Assembly: GCA_963924565.1 (NCBI GenBank)
Contig: OZ004613.1
Span: forward strand, 31,310,001 to 31,374,000
Length of the DNA: 64,000 nt
Direction: 5' to 3'
Origin: Ascidiella aspersa
Lineage: Eukaryota
A model generated the notes under the pieces. It did no database searches. It worked only from the letters and a program-made list of their open reading frames with translations, and was not told the DNA's origin. Position 1 is the stretch's first letter. Each line of letters opens with the position of its first letter. Of the stretch, positions 63,400 to 64,000 are shown piece after piece. Both the position numbers and the translations under genes were made by a program.

Positions 63400-64000
63400 A
63401 ACCCTAACCTGTCGGTCTGACAGGTGCCGCGACACAATAGTTATCAAATCTTTCTGGTAACGTACCGCTTGTCAGTGTTGTAATAAAGTACTGCGCTGTC
63501 TCTCAAATGTGCTTTGCTACGACCTTTTGCGTTATGTCAAAATTCAAGGGAGTCTTACGTTAATTTCGTCAAGTTAATTGCGGTAATAAAAAGCTTACAG
63601 GTGTAAGAAGTGCTTAGTGAGCCGGAACGGCGTATCGGTGGACTAACTTTTACCCCAGTACAAATAATGTACTTTTTTCCAGGCCATTCCACTAATTCCT
63701 TGAATGTAGTTAAATTACGATTTCAGTCGCTTATTTGCGCGCGACATGGAACGAAGTTCCCAATAATCAGGATTACGTTTTTGAGAGGTCTCGTTATGAC
63801 GTAACTTTGAATTTTCCATCGTTTTAATAGAAATTTACTTTCGCCTCTGATTCCGTGGCGAATGCATAAAATTTTATTGTTACGTGAAGTTACTGCGCTA
63901 ATTGATAATACCGGAACCAAACCTTCAATTACTACAAATCTGTTACCCAGGGCATAATGCACTCAATACTTCGGCTAAGACCCGGGGAAGCGGACGAGAG

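Noticed and set aside
1-64000. CRISPR array, tRNA/rRNA genes, autonomous transposase or RT ORFs
   Set aside because: No regularly spaced repeat-spacer units, cloverleaf/rRNA signatures or long TE ORFs; TGACGTCA recurrences are irregularly spaced.

Overview
This is eukaryotic, intron-rich, AT-rich DNA, most likely from an ascidian (Ciona/Phallusia-like). That assignment is inferred from gene content, intron sizes and the strong excess of TGACGTCA. Five protein-coding genes can be assembled by hand, mostly missed or mis-bounded by the ORF track. Three are diverged paralogous FLRT-type receptors (signal peptide, LRRNT, about 10 LRRs, LRRCT, FN3, TM, tail): FLRT-A (minus, 1722 to <1, truncated by the window edge), FLRT-B (plus, 27710-29563, single coding exon) and FLRT-C (plus, 46042-47888 joined to a hidden last exon 49952-50093). 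A 7-exon Rab5/22-group GTPase (RabX1/Rab31-like, minus, 42897-34481) sits between FLRT-B and FLRT-C. The first 11 coding exons of a NOSTRIN-like F-BAR gene run from 52785 past the window end. Notable points: (1) the FLRT paralogs share a CxxC insert in FN3, an EFDV tail motif and a TG[VI][YF]V C-terminus, but differ at the ligand-binding LRR face; (2) the palindrome TGACGTCA saturates the FLRT exons and shapes the protein sequence (DVT/VTS/MTS); (3) the same motif marks recurring non-coding CpG islands with polar C-rich/G-rich flanks, and this pattern stops near 52 kb; (4) there are several MITEs/foldbacks and local duplications, including a disabled copy of a splice acceptor. No prokaryotic features, CRISPR, rRNA or tRNA were seen.
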